Notes under the pieces: generated by a model
What the model saw: only the letters and a program-made list of their open reading frames with translations
What the model was told of the DNA's origin: nothing
Databases searched by the model: none
In this document: in pieces, positions 1 through 12,757 of the stretch
Layout: every line of letters begins with the position of its first letter
How positions within the stretch are numbered: position 1 is the first letter of the stretch
Assembly: GCA_963693365.1 (NCBI GenBank)
Contig: CAVNZM010000001.1
Coordinates: 11,558,161-11,622,160, forward strand
Direction: 5' to 3'
Length of the DNA stretch: 64,000 bases
Source: Amoebidium appalachense
Taxonomy: Eukaryota; Protista; Ichthyosporea
Position numbers and translations under genes: made by a program

Positions 1-1906
1 AGTTTTTTTCGGCTTTTTTCGAACTCGGGTTTATTCCAATTTCGTGGCTTGACACAATCGTTAAGCCCGTTCGTAAGAAGGTATCGCAGGGGGTCATTAA
101 CGACTTTCGTCCCGTCACACTTACCAACGTTTTTCGTCGGCTTTTCGAGGGTTGCATGCTTCGCGCGTTTAGCACCGACGATTCTTTAAACACCGTGTTC
201 TGTCTTTCTTCCCTTCAAGGGGGCTTTCGTCATGCCTATTCGTGTTATACTCACAGTCTGTTACTCCATGAATCCATTACTTCTGGCTCTCCACACGTTG
301 TCTTCATCGACCTTAAGAACGCCTACGACACCGTACCCACTGGTTTGTTATGGCATAAGCTAGCTATGCGGGCCCCAGCTTACCAGCCCCCTTTGGCCGT
401 CTTCTGCAAGCGTTGTTCGATACCACTCGCGGACGCGCGGCGGTCAATGGAACATTAACACCCGGTTTTTCCCGTTCCCGGGGTCTTCTGCAGGGGTCCC
501 TCCTGAGTCCGTTGTTGTTTGACGTTTTCATTGACGATTTAGCCTGCGCCCTCGAACCCTTTGGCCAACTGCATACCCGTCGTGTACCGGGTCTCCTTTT
601 TGCGGACGATATTGTTCTTTGTTCCTTAACCGAAGATGTCATGCACCAGATGCTTCGTCAGGTGGATCAATGGTGCACCGACAATTTCATGACAGTCGGA
701 ATTGCAAAGTGTGCTACTTTTTCGAAGAACACTTCCTTTCGATTGGCCGGCCTTCCTATTCCTGTTCAGAGCACCTATGACTATTTGGGTATTCCTTTTA
801 CTGCACGGGGTATTGATTTCCGCAAGCTCCTCACAGCACGCGTACGGATCGCTCGTGCGAAGGATAAGCTTCACATCGTGTCAAATATGTTTCAACAGGA
901 GTCTGTGATCCATCCTGCGAACCTTCTTCTCTACTATAAAACTTTTTTACGGCCGACTTTCAAACATGGACTTCCGCTATTGGCCTGCGCCCCACCTCGC
1001 GAGGCGGCAATGGCGCTGAACGAGTTCGACGATTTTCAGGGTACTGCGCTACGCACTTTGTTTCGTACTCGGTTTGTGCCTCCCTTAATCAGTATGTTTG
1101 GATTGTCGTCTGCTGTTTGTCGTACAAATTGTCTCTTCGTTTTTGTTTTCATTTAGTTAGGCTACCTGATGGTCCCCCTCTTTATGCTTTCTTTCCCCCC
1201 CTCCCTCCATCCCTCTCCCCCCCCGATTCACCAACACTACTTCTGAATGTCCTCAGCCTACCCTCTTTCCACCTGATTCTTCCTCTCGCTATCTCACTCC
1301 CTCTTTCTTTTCTCTTCCTGTTTTTTCTGCCTTTTCGCGTTATTACCATACGCAGTATAAGTTTCTTTCTCGTTCTGATAGAGAAATCAAAGGTAAAACT
1401 CAGTCGGCATGTGTTATGTTCCTTAGGCAACACCGTACTGATCATTATCGCTTTTTGGGAGCTTTGGCAGGATACATTTCTCCTGCTGTACGTATGGATA
1501 CCACCCTAGTAGATAAGTCTGTATGGTGCTCTGATGTTGATATTGCCTGGGAAGTTGTGCAGTGGCGCTTTAGTAATTCTTGTTTTGATCGCCGCTGGTG
1601 CCACTTTTGTGCTGACCTTTTTAATCGCAAGCATGTTGATAGGTGTGAATTTTTATGTCGCGTTTTACCTCTTTCCCTCCGGGTATCTGCTACACTAGCT
1701 GGCAATGTGAACACTTTAGACTTTTTGCTGAATTCTGTTGGTCGTCACATTGAGTATTTATATGATTTTTACACAGTGTTCAGGTATCTCAGTATGCACT
1801 TGTTACTGGATAACTCGTGAAGTTTTTATTGTCTTCTCAGTATGCCGTGCATACTTGTCATATCTTTCCGTCGAATACATCCAGTCAAAAAAAAAAAAAA
1901 AAAAAA
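1..1906 (+). mobile_element. Degenerate non-LTR retrotransposon (LINE) ORF2, reverse transcriptase plus C-terminus; 5' part lies outside the window; ends in poly(A)
   Basis: RT motifs in order: DFRPVTLTNVFRRLFE, QGGFR, FIDLKNAYDTV, GLLQGSLLSPLLF, LFADDI, YDYLGIPF. The reading frame is broken into several ORFs (156-458, 413-1156, 1117-1509, 1416-1820). C-terminal W-R..C-x2-C..H..C motif (QWRFSNSCFDRRWCHFCADLFNRKHVDRC). A-run at 1887-1906. Confidence 0.93.
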
Positions 1907-2339
1907 GAATTTCAAGCAAATTCGCACTCTGAACCGTTGCAACATGATGGCACGTACACGCCGCATGCAACACGCACACAAGAGGGCCCACCGTGATAAT
2001 GGAGCCCATCGCAATTGCAGTCGGAAAGTGTGTGTGTGTGTGTTCGGTGGTGGTGGTGGGTGTGTTAACGTTTGTGTTTGTGTGTGTGTGTGTGTTTCGA
2101 AAGGGGAGAGGGGGGGAGGGGGGGGAATGAAATATTTCTGTTGACTCGGGTTCATTGATCCGTTGAGGAAGGCAACGTGCAGCCACAGGCTACATAACCA
2201 CCAATAGAACTGAAAAAGCCAAAGCTACGAAATAAAAATAAAGCGACAAGTGACAAAGGACACCAGCGGGCAAAACCGTAAGGGTACGTGAAATGAAATA
2301 TCGCGCCAATTGACCAATTTCAGATCTATAATTGGGGTA

Positions 2340-3024
2340 CACGAATCAGCCCTTAAATTTCACGAGCACATCACCCGCCTGTCCGCTTGTGCCCCGGACC
2401 ACCCGCTCTTCCGGCTACACGCATCCCCGCCGGACTCGCCCCTCTACCTCTTCCCTTCCCCATCGTCTCTGCCCATTGCCGAGTGTTTTGTGGAATGGCT
2501 GGCGACCCCCCCGGAGGTACGGCTAGATCATAGTGTGAATATGAATAGTTTCAAGTCTATGGCTGATAGATATCTTTTTACTCTACGTGTTGAGTCCCTT
2601 CCGGTGTTAGGACCGCAAAAACACCAACTACTAGTAGCCTATATGGCGGATACGGTTAGAGAGTCTCGTTCATACATAGATTCGTTTATTCGTAATGTGG
2701 TGTGGTGTAAAAACGCAAAGATGATTATGGCTTGGCGGTGTTACATCGGTTTCTGGTGTCTCCTGCTCGTATGTGTAATATGTGTGGGGGGCGGTTTACT
2801 CGCGGCTGCATATCTATCAATAAATGCAACCTGTTAGCTAATGTATTGGATCTAGAACCGCCGTTATTGGCGGTTTTATTCTCTTTTCTTCCTCTCTTCC
2901 TCAATATATCCGTTTTAAGATGACTATCCTAGATCACCTTATTAATGCTGCACAGTATGATATTGTGATCCGAAGGCTTAACTTTCTTTCGGAGCTACCG
3001 ATGCTAGCCTCTGCTTACCCATAA
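2340..3024 (+). mobile_element. 3' fragment of a second LINE family (ORF2 C-terminus), left arm of a palindrome
   Basis: The translation is collinear with the C-terminus of the first LINE: FHEHITRL..DHPL vs FCFHLVRL..GPPL, VVWC..AWRC..CNMC..FTRGC vs SVWC..QWRF..CHFC..FNRKH, and TILDHLIN vs NTLDFLLN. Frameshifted. Confidence 0.7.
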
Positions 3025-3996
3025 TATGTAATAGGGGTGTCAGATACTACGATGGCGCTCATTGTTGCCTAGCATGTACATATGTCACTGGCTGCATTTG
3101 ATTGGCTGTGCTGGAAAACGCAGTAGGCCGTCGAATGTGGCTGGGCCTCCGGCAGTGTCCACGCGGTTTACACACTTTTTATTGCGTGGACACTGAGGGG
3201 GTTTACACACTTCCGGAGGCCCAGCCACATTGAATTTCGACGGCCTACTGCGTTTTGAAGCACAGCCACTATCAAATGCAGCCAGTGACATATGTACATG
3301 CTAGGCAACAATGAGCGCTATCATAGTATATGACACCCCTATTACATATTATGGGTAAGCAGAGGCTAGCATCGGTAGCTCCGAAAGAAAGTTAAGGCAC
3401 CGGATCACAATATCATACTGTGCAGCATTAATAGGGTGATCTAGGATAGTCATCTTAAAACGGATATATTGAGGAAGAGAGGAAGAAAAGAGAATAAAAC
3501 CGCCAATAACCTCCGGTTCTAGATCTAATACATTAGCTAACAGGTTACATTTATTATTGATAGATATGCAGCCGCGAGTAAACAGCCCCCCAAACATATT
3601 ACACATACGAGCAGGAGACACCAGAAACCGATTACACCGCCAAGCCATAATCATCTTTGCGTTTTTACACCACACCACATTACGAATAAACGAATCTATG
3701 TATGAACGAGACTCTCTAACCGTATCCGCCATATAGGCTACTAGTAGTTGGTGTTTTTGCGGTCCTAACACCGGAAGGGACTCAACACGTAGAGTAAAAA
3801 GATATCTATCAGCCATAGACTTGAAACTATTCATATTCACACTATGATCTCCGTACCTCCGGTGGGGTCGCCAGCCATTCCACATAACGAAACTATTCAT
3901 ATTCACACTATGATCTAGCCGTACCTCCGGTGGGGTCGCCAGCCATTCCACATAACGCTCGGCAATGGGCAGAGACGATGGGGAAGGGAAGAGGTA
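2445..3996. repeat. Long inverted repeat (palindrome, ~1.55 kb) centred near 3150-3212
   Basis: 2445-~3150 is the near-identical reverse complement of ~3212-3996, for example TACCTCTTCCCTTCCCCATCG / CGATGGGGAAGGGAAGAGGTA. A nested hairpin CAGTGTCCACGC..GCGTGGACACTG sits in the loop. Confidence 0.95.
3349..3996 (-). mobile_element. Inverted second copy of the same LINE 3' fragment, right arm of the palindrome, with an internal ~60-bp tandem duplication
   Basis: ORF 3349-4119(-) repeats YLFPSPSSLPIAE..WLATPPEVRLDHSVNMNSFKSMADRY of ORF 2310-2837(+). Duplicated segment at about 3828-3950. Confidence 0.8.
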
Positions 3997-4019
3997 TCTA
4001 TAATTGATCAGCGGCGATT

Positions 4020-4336
4020 CAAAAGTTGGGCTTTGATCTACCATGTAGGTTATAGTCCAAAGTTGTTTGTACATAAAGTCTAAAACTGCAATAGAAAACA
4101 GGCTTTGCATGTATAACAAAAAAGTTGGTAAAGAAAAAAACGCGCAAGTTTGTTATAAGGAACATATGGTGTCCGACGCTTCCTTATGGTCTAAACATGT
4201 AAGGCAAAAACCACGATCACAGCGGCGATCACAGTGGCCCAGACGCATATGCCGGTGAGCCCAGGTCGCTACCTAACACGTACTGACGTGTTGCCGCACG
4301 TGCGACGTTATACATCTACTCAGGCGTCCCTTTTAA

Positions 4337-4374
<38 letters not shown>

Positions 4375-4630
4375 AAGGAGACACCGCCTCAGTAGGTGGT
4401 AGGGTCGCTACCTCCTGGGCCCAAGTCCAAGCGGTTTTTGCCTGTTTTGACGGTGAAGGCGTCGTCGGACACCCTTAGTCACTTATATCGACTATGCGTT
4501 TTTTTTTTATATGTACCAACTTTTTACTTAGAAAACCAAAACCACTTCTCTAAGTAAAATCGGTCTTAACTTGACTTTAATAACAGCCAGATCATAGTAT
4601 TTGGCCCAGATTCTAAGCCCAACTCTTTGA
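4020..4630. repeat. Degenerate foldback (inverted repeat) centred on a poly(A) tract at 4340-4372
   Basis: Symmetric pairs: AAAAGTTGGGCTT (~4021) / AAGCCCAACTCTTT (~4615), AAAAAGTTGGTA (~4119) / TACCAACTTTTT (~4514), GTGTCCGACG (~4169) / CGTCGGACAC (~4463), CTACTCAGGCG (~4316) / CGCCTCAGTAG (~4385). Confidence 0.7.
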
Positions 4631-5402
4631 CCCAATTAGATCTGTGATTGGTCAATTAGTGTGGTCAATAAAAAATAGTTCCTTGGCAAACCGCAAACCA
4701 TATATGGTTGCTTGTTCTTTAGTTGGTGCCCTAAGCTGGCTTCGTGAAATCAGGCCTTCGGTTATACATGTAGGCTGCGCCTTTTAAAACGCCGCTGGGG
4801 AAACTCGAGCACATATATTGCTTCATACGTACATAGTTTTATTTCGGCTAGTGGCTTGCCAGTAGCCACAAGCTGCGGATAATTTTCGCAAGTTCGTTTT
4901 TTTTTTTTTTTCCCCTGCAGCATGATCATAGCCTTTATAAATCTTGAGAAACTGGTATGTGCTTTTCACAAAACAGAAAAAAAAATTTAAAACCTTGAGT
5001 TAGCTACTAAGCCACAGCCAGCAAAGCGGATGGAATCATGTGAAACCCGAGACTTTAGAGAATGGGGCAGCGTGTGAGTGAGTGAAAGAGTGAAAGAGTG
5101 AATAGGTGTGTGTATGTGCCATGTCTGATCATGAGTGTGCACACACGCATCTTCGTAGTAAAACGAGCGCACCAGTAACACCAAACGATCTCAGAGAGAA
5201 TTTCGCACTTCACTTTCGTCCCCGCCACAACCATTAACACTAGAAAGACGGAGCCCTAAACACCCAACCGTGTGCTAACGACTCCAGTCATCCTAACAAC
5301 TACGCCAAAGGTACAATCAAGACATCATAAAATCCTTCCGTGCAGCCTAAAAACATAAATTTGACATGACGGAAAAATACTCTAATGCAAGGGATAAACC
5401 TT

Positions 5403-5577
5403 TTACCGGCCCCTGCCCCTTCCACCACCGCGGCCACCCCTCTCTGCGCCACGGCCCCTCCCCCGTCCCCGTCCTCTCCCCCGTCCCCTGCCCATAGCCA
5501 CTGCAACACCACGCCGTCAGTAAATTGCCCAATCGGCGCTTGAGAGAAGGTTGCAGAACACAGATCGCCTAATCAAC

Positions 5578-5608
<31 letters not shown>

Positions 5609-5717
5609 ACACACACACACACACCACCACGCAACCCACTCGCCATGCATTCCTCAGGCCGTGATGGTAAAGCCACAAAAGTAAGTGCCCCCTCCCCACT
5701 CCCCACACACACCTCAA

Positions 5718-5759
<42 letters not shown>

Positions 5760-5928
5760 ACCCTGAGAACAACATATCCCATTCCAGAAACCTCCCAAAG
5801 GTGAAATCAAACTGGCCGTGCTGTTACCTGTCCTTGCCCTGCACACCACCAAGATGCCCCAAACAGCCCACCGTTTCATATCCCATTAATTCATACACAT
5901 AACTCTTGCATCCACGCCCCCCTCGCAT

Positions 5929-5974
<46 letters not shown>

Positions 5975-7988
5975 AGGGGGTTTGAATGCATGGCAAAGCA
6001 CGAAGTACACATAAACAAGGGGAAGGGAGGGAGGGACGACAGGCACGAAGGCACACACTAAGATGCAACGCCCAAACCCAACCAGACAGGTAGTAAAGAC
6101 GGACATGCAACCACAAACACACACACACACACCTTCTCTCTTCTTGGCCTTTGCCTTTGGCGTGTCGTCTACCAACAACGTGTCCAGCGGCAGCGAGTCC
6201 GGAAGAATAACGTAGCGGATGTTTGCACCGCGGATGCTCAGTGTCTCAAGGTTGACTGGGTCCTTCCCCTTCATAGTCATCTTCACGGCTTTCAGGTGCG
6301 TGTTCATGCTCACATCACAACCTGATGTTGAAGAAGTGAGAGGGGGGAGGAGGGGAGGGGAGGGGGAGGGGGGGGGGGGGGAGGAAGGGAGGGAGGGAGA
6401 GAGGGTTAGACTGTGTTGCGGAGCATGAAGTACACATTCACGACAGACAACACAATACAGAGTGCAAACCACACAAAAAGTATGCATAAAATGCTGAGGG
6501 AAGGGGTTGGAGTGTGTGTGTGGTGGTGGTGGTGGTGTGTGTGGGGGGAAGGATCAAAGGTCCGTTACTGTGTCGTGGTATACACAGAAGTCGATGGGAG
6601 CTTGGTCCATATGTGGGACAGCTTTCATAAACCACCCTCGAGCTCTTTCCCAGCCAATGCAGTCAAACCACAGCCTATCCACAGACGCAAGAAAAGTCTG
6701 CCGTTGGTGTGTGTATGCATGCAGGTGTGTGTGTTGGGGAGAGGGGGGAGGGAGAAGGAATAGAGCTTGATAATGTGCCAGTAAATCGTGGTATCCTATC
6801 ACAAAACTACACACACTTCATATTCTTCTTCCCAAATATCTCTCTCCTCCTCCCCTTTCCGCTCCCAATGCCGCCTCTCAATCAACATGTGCCAGACCAG
6901 CCACACATGCTACCCCATCAGTTTCCACAAGGTGAGGGCTTACCAGCAACAGTGCCGTTCACGATGGTGCCATTCTTCAGCTCGACGGTGACTGTCTCAC
7001 CGTTGAGCTTCATCAAGAACCTGTAGATGATTCGAAAATACATAGGTCAGTAGGGTCTCTCTCTCTCTCTCTCTCTCTCTCCTGCCCAGCCCTTCTCTCT
7101 CTCTCTCTGTGTGTGTGTCTGTGTGTGCGCTCGTGTGGAATAACTGATGTGCATGGATGTACGTTCGAAAGTAGCATTACTGCCAATTGTTTTTGCAAGA
7201 CTGGTATGGAGTCTGTCTAGCAACAACCCGTCCTTTCCGTGCTGGGGAGAGGCTAAAACAGTGGCTTGTTTGTGCCAGGCCGAAAAAAACGCTGATTGAA
7301 CTAACAGGCTCTCGAAACACCAAAACACGAAGTGAGATCACCAGTTGACAGAATGAAAGCTGTTTCATTTACAAGCGCTTGAACTCACTGGCAGCAGGGG
7401 TGCGTTTGTGGGTGTATAGAACCAGACGAGACGAAGTTGTAACTAAGCGTGAAAATTTCATGGCACATTTGAAAAAGTTAATTTCCAGCATAGAACGTGC
7501 AGCAAAGGCAGACGAGGGAATACACAGTCGAATTGGGTTCACAACTGGTCTGCCTGACCATAACCCTACTTGTTCTTCATCCTCCACGAGCTTATACAAG
7601 CCAAACTAGAGACATATGTGCATAGTAATACGCCGTCGGTTCGTGTTGCCAAGTTGCTTAGCCGCTACTGTTGTCCAACACAAAGACTATGAGCTTAGGA
7701 TAATATCGTTTCTTCCTCTTGGTTTCATTGTGTCGATCAATTGTTCTCGCAAACCTAAACCCGTCGGTCTTTCGTTAATTCCTGCATACCGGCTAGCTAT
7801 ATACATCCGTCCACAACTGCTGAAAGAATTGTTTGACCTCTATCCCTGATGAACTTCGTGGACAGGATGCTAGTTGCCCAAAGGTCCAAATAAAGAAACG
7901 TCGTATCGATAAATCCTCCCTCTCTCGAAAAAAAAACTTAACACAGAGCAGAAAAAAAAAAAAAAAACTCCTACCTCACTAGCTTCAT
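5403..7988 (-). CDS. SNRPD1: Small nuclear ribonucleoprotein Sm D1, 4 exons: 7988-7975, 7020-6944, 6321-6133, 5500-5403 (125 aa)
   Basis: Spliced translation [86 protein letters not shown]. All introns are GT-AG with compatible phases, and the C-terminal GR repeat is typical of Sm D1. Confidence 0.97.
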
Positions 7989-9365
7989 TTTCTAGCGTCA
8001 CACAGGCGGATGGGCCCGGATGGATACTCTGTCCCTCGGATTCCGTCTGATATTTTTAGGACTTTTCAGTCTCCCAGTTTTTTTTCTGTGGCTGTGTGGA
8101 CATCCTGTGTGCCAAAGCGCGCCAAAATTTTCGCTGCTGGCGGCGCCGTGACCGTGGAGCAAAGTATCAATGATAGTCTGCACCATTTGCGTCACTGCGT
8201 GACGTAATGAAAGGACATTCTGGCTTGCATGCGCTGACTGGTGGCGCAAGCTGTAAGCAGGCTTATCGTTTTAGACTACAACTGGCCTAGCGCTCAGGGC
8301 ACACATGTGGCAGTGTCACTTGCAAAGAAGAAGCTATTATGTTTTTTGTTTTGTTTTTTTTGGTTGTTGTTGATTAAATTGAAATGGGATTATTTCTTTA
8401 AATTCTATTTTTGCTCAAAGGAGAAACGATGAAAAATCTCAGCCAACGTCGATTTATCGCACAACGGCTAGACGGCACAGTTAGGAGCTAGTCAGGACGT
8501 GTTAGGAAATTGTGCAACTAGGCTATAAGGAGTCATAGCAGCCAATAAAAAAGTACGCATACAGCTTCACATCATGAGGGTTTAAAGGCACGTAGCGAGA
8601 AAACGCTACGAAATAATACTGAGCTATAACGTGAGGATGTAATGCTGCTTTGGAGCACAGAAGGGTACAGTAATGGAAAGGACATAATCCTTGTGGTTAA
8701 GAGAGCAACGGAAATCAATAGAATGGACATGTAGCTATTACGGAAGCAATCAACAGGGGAACTCGCCAATTCGATAAGATCCAGTAGCACATGTTTATAA
8801 TTGGCTCAACGCAGCTGAACTCTTTGACTGTTAGTATTCAGGGATGTGTAACTTGCAACTTGGCAGCAACATCGCCCGGGGTCGCAAAAAACCAGGCAGG
8901 AGTAAGGGCTTCATAGGCTTCCTTCCTGGGGTGGGATGCTATAGCACGGACACTTCATGTTACCTGTGTGCTCGTTTAGTCGACCGAGCAAGTAATTCAA
9001 AAGAAATTACATGGGAGCAAGTGCAGTTGCAATATCCACACGCTCAACTTCCGTGTCTTTTTCTGGGGTGACAATTTAGCGTGACGTTCATGTTAAGAGT
9101 CCTCTGTGCTCGTCATGTGCACGTCACTTCTCCGGCTGTGTGTGTGTGGGGGGAGGGGCGAGGGGGGGGGGGGGGGGGGAGGGGGGTTGTGTGTGTGTGT
9201 CTGTGTGGGTGGGTGGGTGGGTTCGTGTGTGTGTGCAAGATTGTGTGTGCACGTGTGGCTGATCGCTGACACGATTTGCCTGCTCCTTAGACGTAGGTGT
9301 GCTACCATCTTGCTTTGTCACTGACCGTGCACAACTAAAAGAAAACGATATGCTTCTCTTTCAGC

Positions 9366-10467
9366 TTGCTGTTGAATATTGTGGCGGCAATAAGTTTTTT
9401 CCTGGCTCCTTTTGAGCTCCTCAAGTGGGTTTCTATGTGGTTTCTATACATAAGTGTACCCTCCCAATCCATCCCCCCCCCCCCCCCCCCCCCCTCCCCC
9501 CCCTCCCCCCCCCCCCCCCCCCCCCCCGCCCCTTCCCCCCGTCCTTCCCATTATGTCAACACACACACATACGCACACACACATGTTGCACACGCACACA
9601 CACACACACACAAAGAGGACAGAACTAAAGGGAAAAGGTTTTCGTCGGCAAAATCATATCCTATAATTCCGACAAGCGAAGAATCTTGGTCCGTGCCAGC
9701 TGCTCTGTGCAGTTGTGTTTGTGGTTTCTTTTACTCTGGCAATTACGTTGGGGCTGGGTCATGGGCCTTGCAGCTTGGGGGAAGTTTGGGCAGGAGGGCA
9801 GGGAAGCATTTATTCAACGTACACATCGTTTTCTTTTTTGTGGCCCCATGTATGTTGGGGGAGGAGAGCTCGAGGGGGGGGCGGGGGGGGGGGAAGCCGG
9901 GAAGGGGCGTGGGGGGGAGGGGGGAGGGAGGGCGAAATCTAGACCTAGGTTTTATGACGACGCCATCATTCTCCCCCCCGCCCCTCTCCCCCACAAAAAG
10001 AAAAAGGGTGTGCGCTCGCTCCGTGCACATTAGTACACAGTCTGAGTCTGAAAACGTGGCAACGGTTGACCATCACTCTGTATGATATTAGCTGTTATTT
10101 GTAGGTGTTTGGTATTTTTGATTGTTTGCTTTCAATTTGTGTTTGTCCAGCTGATCGTTCCAGTGGATGATCATCAATGTGCGGAAATGGTAGACACATC
10201 GTACATAAGCAGTAGCATCTGTGTACAGTGCACTATCACGAGGACTGCCAGTGGTTGATGTTCACGATCAGTGCTTGCATGCTCTTCCACGCCAGCTGCA
10301 GTACCTCATGTGTCTGCGTTCTTTCTTTTCGTTAGTTCCAGCGTTCTTGTCTAACAGTGATATAAATGTCGTAAGTCGTCACTGTGGATGCACCAAGATG
10401 AAAAGAACTCGCCATTTTTGCACACACACGTGACGCGCAGTCATATACATATGCCCACAATGACTGA
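9366..10467 (+). CDS. Possible small multi-exon hydrophobic protein gene (structure and start unresolved)
   Basis: Several complex-sequence islands are bounded by AG/GT and give hydrophobic open frames: LLLNIVAAISFFLAPFELL (from 9366), CLVFLIVCFQFVFVQLIVPVDDHQCAEM (10105-10189), LQYLMCLRSFFSLVPAFLSNSDINV (10296-10370), SYTYAHND* (10441-10467). No start exon or family recognised. Confidence 0.3.
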
Positions 10468-10613
10468 TTTGGATTCATGCATGATGTCTTCGCCCCCATC
10501 CACAAGCGGAGCAAGCCCGGCCAAGATAGCTATATAGCTATGATTACATATCCTTGTGAGTGGATGGGTCCACGTAGGTGGGGTTGGGTGGCCGTGGCAC
10601 AGTGGGTTGGGAG

Positions 10614-10663
<50 letters not shown>

Positions 10664-11651
10664 AGGGGGGGCAAATCGCTAAGGCGCTGCCATTATATGG
10701 GCTGCCTGCAGCACAGGTCACATGCGTGCGGGTGCCACGCCGCTGTATGTACGTATACGTCACGGTACGTCACGGGCTACAGTGGCACTGCATGAGCCTC
10801 GTGAACGTCACAGTCGTCGTCCACCCGGACAGACAACGCCATGGCCGGCCACTGGGACTGGGTGACGTGGCATGCCCTCCAGCTTTCCATATATGGCATG
10901 GCCCCCTACCTCCCTACACGGCCAACATGTACAGTGCATGAGCCTATTAGAGCTATATTATTATGTATTACATAGTAGTGTATGAGTGCATGAGCTTATT
11001 AGAGCCATATTATTATTAAATAGTAACAGTATTAATTAATTAGTACCAGAACCCAGCCCATGGGCCCCACCAGCGGCTGCCCCCGGGCCCGTGATGGTCA
11101 GTAATTTAATACATGTGTCAGCCTCCCCGGCGCCGCGTGTGATGAGGTGACGCTTATCCATTTGAGTCTGCCCGGCCGGGGCATACGCACTGCCCTGAGT
11201 GCCCTCGCTCTGAACACATATGGCCCTCTGAACACATATAGTGGTTCAGAGGGCCGGGGCCGGGCCGGGGGCACCGTGTCCGTGGGGCCGTGGGTGTCCG
11301 ACGTGCCACAGTCACCGTGGGGGACCCCGTCAGTCTCAGGAACAGTCACGGCGTCGTGGCCGTATACGTTCCATGAAGTCGGGGCAAATACATAAATAAA
11401 ATCCTCCAAAACGTCACTGTCCCTACAAATAGCTATAGGCTGAAGAAAACTATAACGCACTGCCCTTTACTATAAATTGCACATGGAAATACCCTACAAA
11501 TAGTAATTTCATGAACTCTACAAAAAAATAGATCTCTGCGGCGTGCCACAGTGCACGTGCGGCCATGGTCAGACAGCGCGTTGGCACCCCAGCCGGGCCG
11601 GGCCGCCCGGGCGCCCCGAGCGAACATCATGAGCCAGCAGTTTATCAGGAC

Positions 11652-11847
11652 CAGGTCACTGGCGGGGTGGGTCTCGGGCGGGTTTACGCAAAGGCCGATT
11701 GGATCTCGGGCCAGGTCGTCTTTTTTTCGGTCCGGACCGGTTTGGTTCTCGGGTCTTGGGCCCTTGTGATCGGGTTGACCCGCGGGTTACCATCTGCGAA
11801 AACCTCGGGTGTTCGCCCGGACTGGCCATATACGTGTGTACATGTAT

Positions 11848-11903
<56 letters not shown>

Positions 11904-12515
11904 ACGTGTGTGTGTGTGTGATATGATTGCGTGCGTGCGTGTTGTGTGTGCACATGTGCTCGCGGTGTGTGTGTGTGTGTGTGGCCTTTCCACGCATGGT
12001 GTCTAGTAGTACATGTGAACAGACAGTGCTCGTGTGCTTGCGGCTTACTTGATTATATAGAGCTTGGTTGTGGTGACTAAAGCAAACACAACGTAACGTG
12101 CACAGCAGTTACGATTGTCTCTCTCTTTTTTCTTTTTCTTTTTCTCTTTCTTTTTATATTAAAGCGCTAGCCTAGCCTCGGTACTCTACTACTGTAGCTA
12201 ACTATGCCTCGGCAATGTTTATACTACCATATATGGACATGAATAAAATACTGTATTGTTATTGGTTCATTGTGCAATCCCTGAAAACCAATTATCAATC
12301 CAAATTTACTACTTATTATGGTTAATATATCATGCTTTACCCTGACCCGGCGGGAACTGACCGGGTCAGAGCCATTGGTCGGGCTGGGTACGGGTCTGAC
12401 CCGCCGGGTCATAAAGCCGACCGGATTTGAGCAAAAATGCCCGGGTTGACGGGGGTTGGGTAACGCCGACCCGACCGGGTTGGTTCTCGGGTCGACCCAA
12501 CCCGACACATCCCTG
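11652..12515. mobile_element. Non-autonomous hAT-type DNA transposon (864 bp) with an 8-bp target-site duplication
   Basis: Exact TSD ATCAGGAC at 11644-11651 and 12516-12523. Imperfect TIRs: CAGGTCACTGGCGGGGTGGGTC vs the reverse complement of the right end, CAGGGATGTGTCGGGTTGGGTC. Subterminal CGGGT/ACCCG motifs at both ends. An 8-bp TSD and CAGGG ends are hAT hallmarks. Confidence 0.85.
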
Positions 12516-12658
12516 ATCAGGACTGACTGATTCGCGTGACTTGTATGGATTTTTCTTAAGTATAGATGTGTGTTTTTGTTCTCCTAAATAGAGAAAAACA
12601 GGGAATATGTAGTGCTGTACGATGATATTTTAAAGCCCTCTCTATCTTGTAGCCTGAG

Positions 12659-12737
12659 GACCGTACAGTAAATACTCGGCCCGACGTCGGCCTGTCGACA
12701 TCTGATGACCGGGGTCCGAGAAGATATCTGTACGGTC
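12659..12737. repeat. Small hairpin / MITE-like inverted repeat
   Basis: GACCGTACAG...CTGTACGGTC termini with an inner CTCGG(C)CC / GGTCCGAG pair. Confidence 0.55.
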
Positions 12738-12757
12738 AGCAATTTGGTAGGAAATTC

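Noticed and set aside
7369-7609. Overlapping ORFs inside Sm D1 intron 1 (possible LINE C-terminal relic)
   Set aside because: Short, with no diagnostic motif; cannot be supported without a homology search.
8572-8795. In-frame TAA/TAG suggesting stop-codon reassignment
   Set aside because: Well-supported genes here end in TAA or TGA and have no internal stops, so decay is the simpler explanation.
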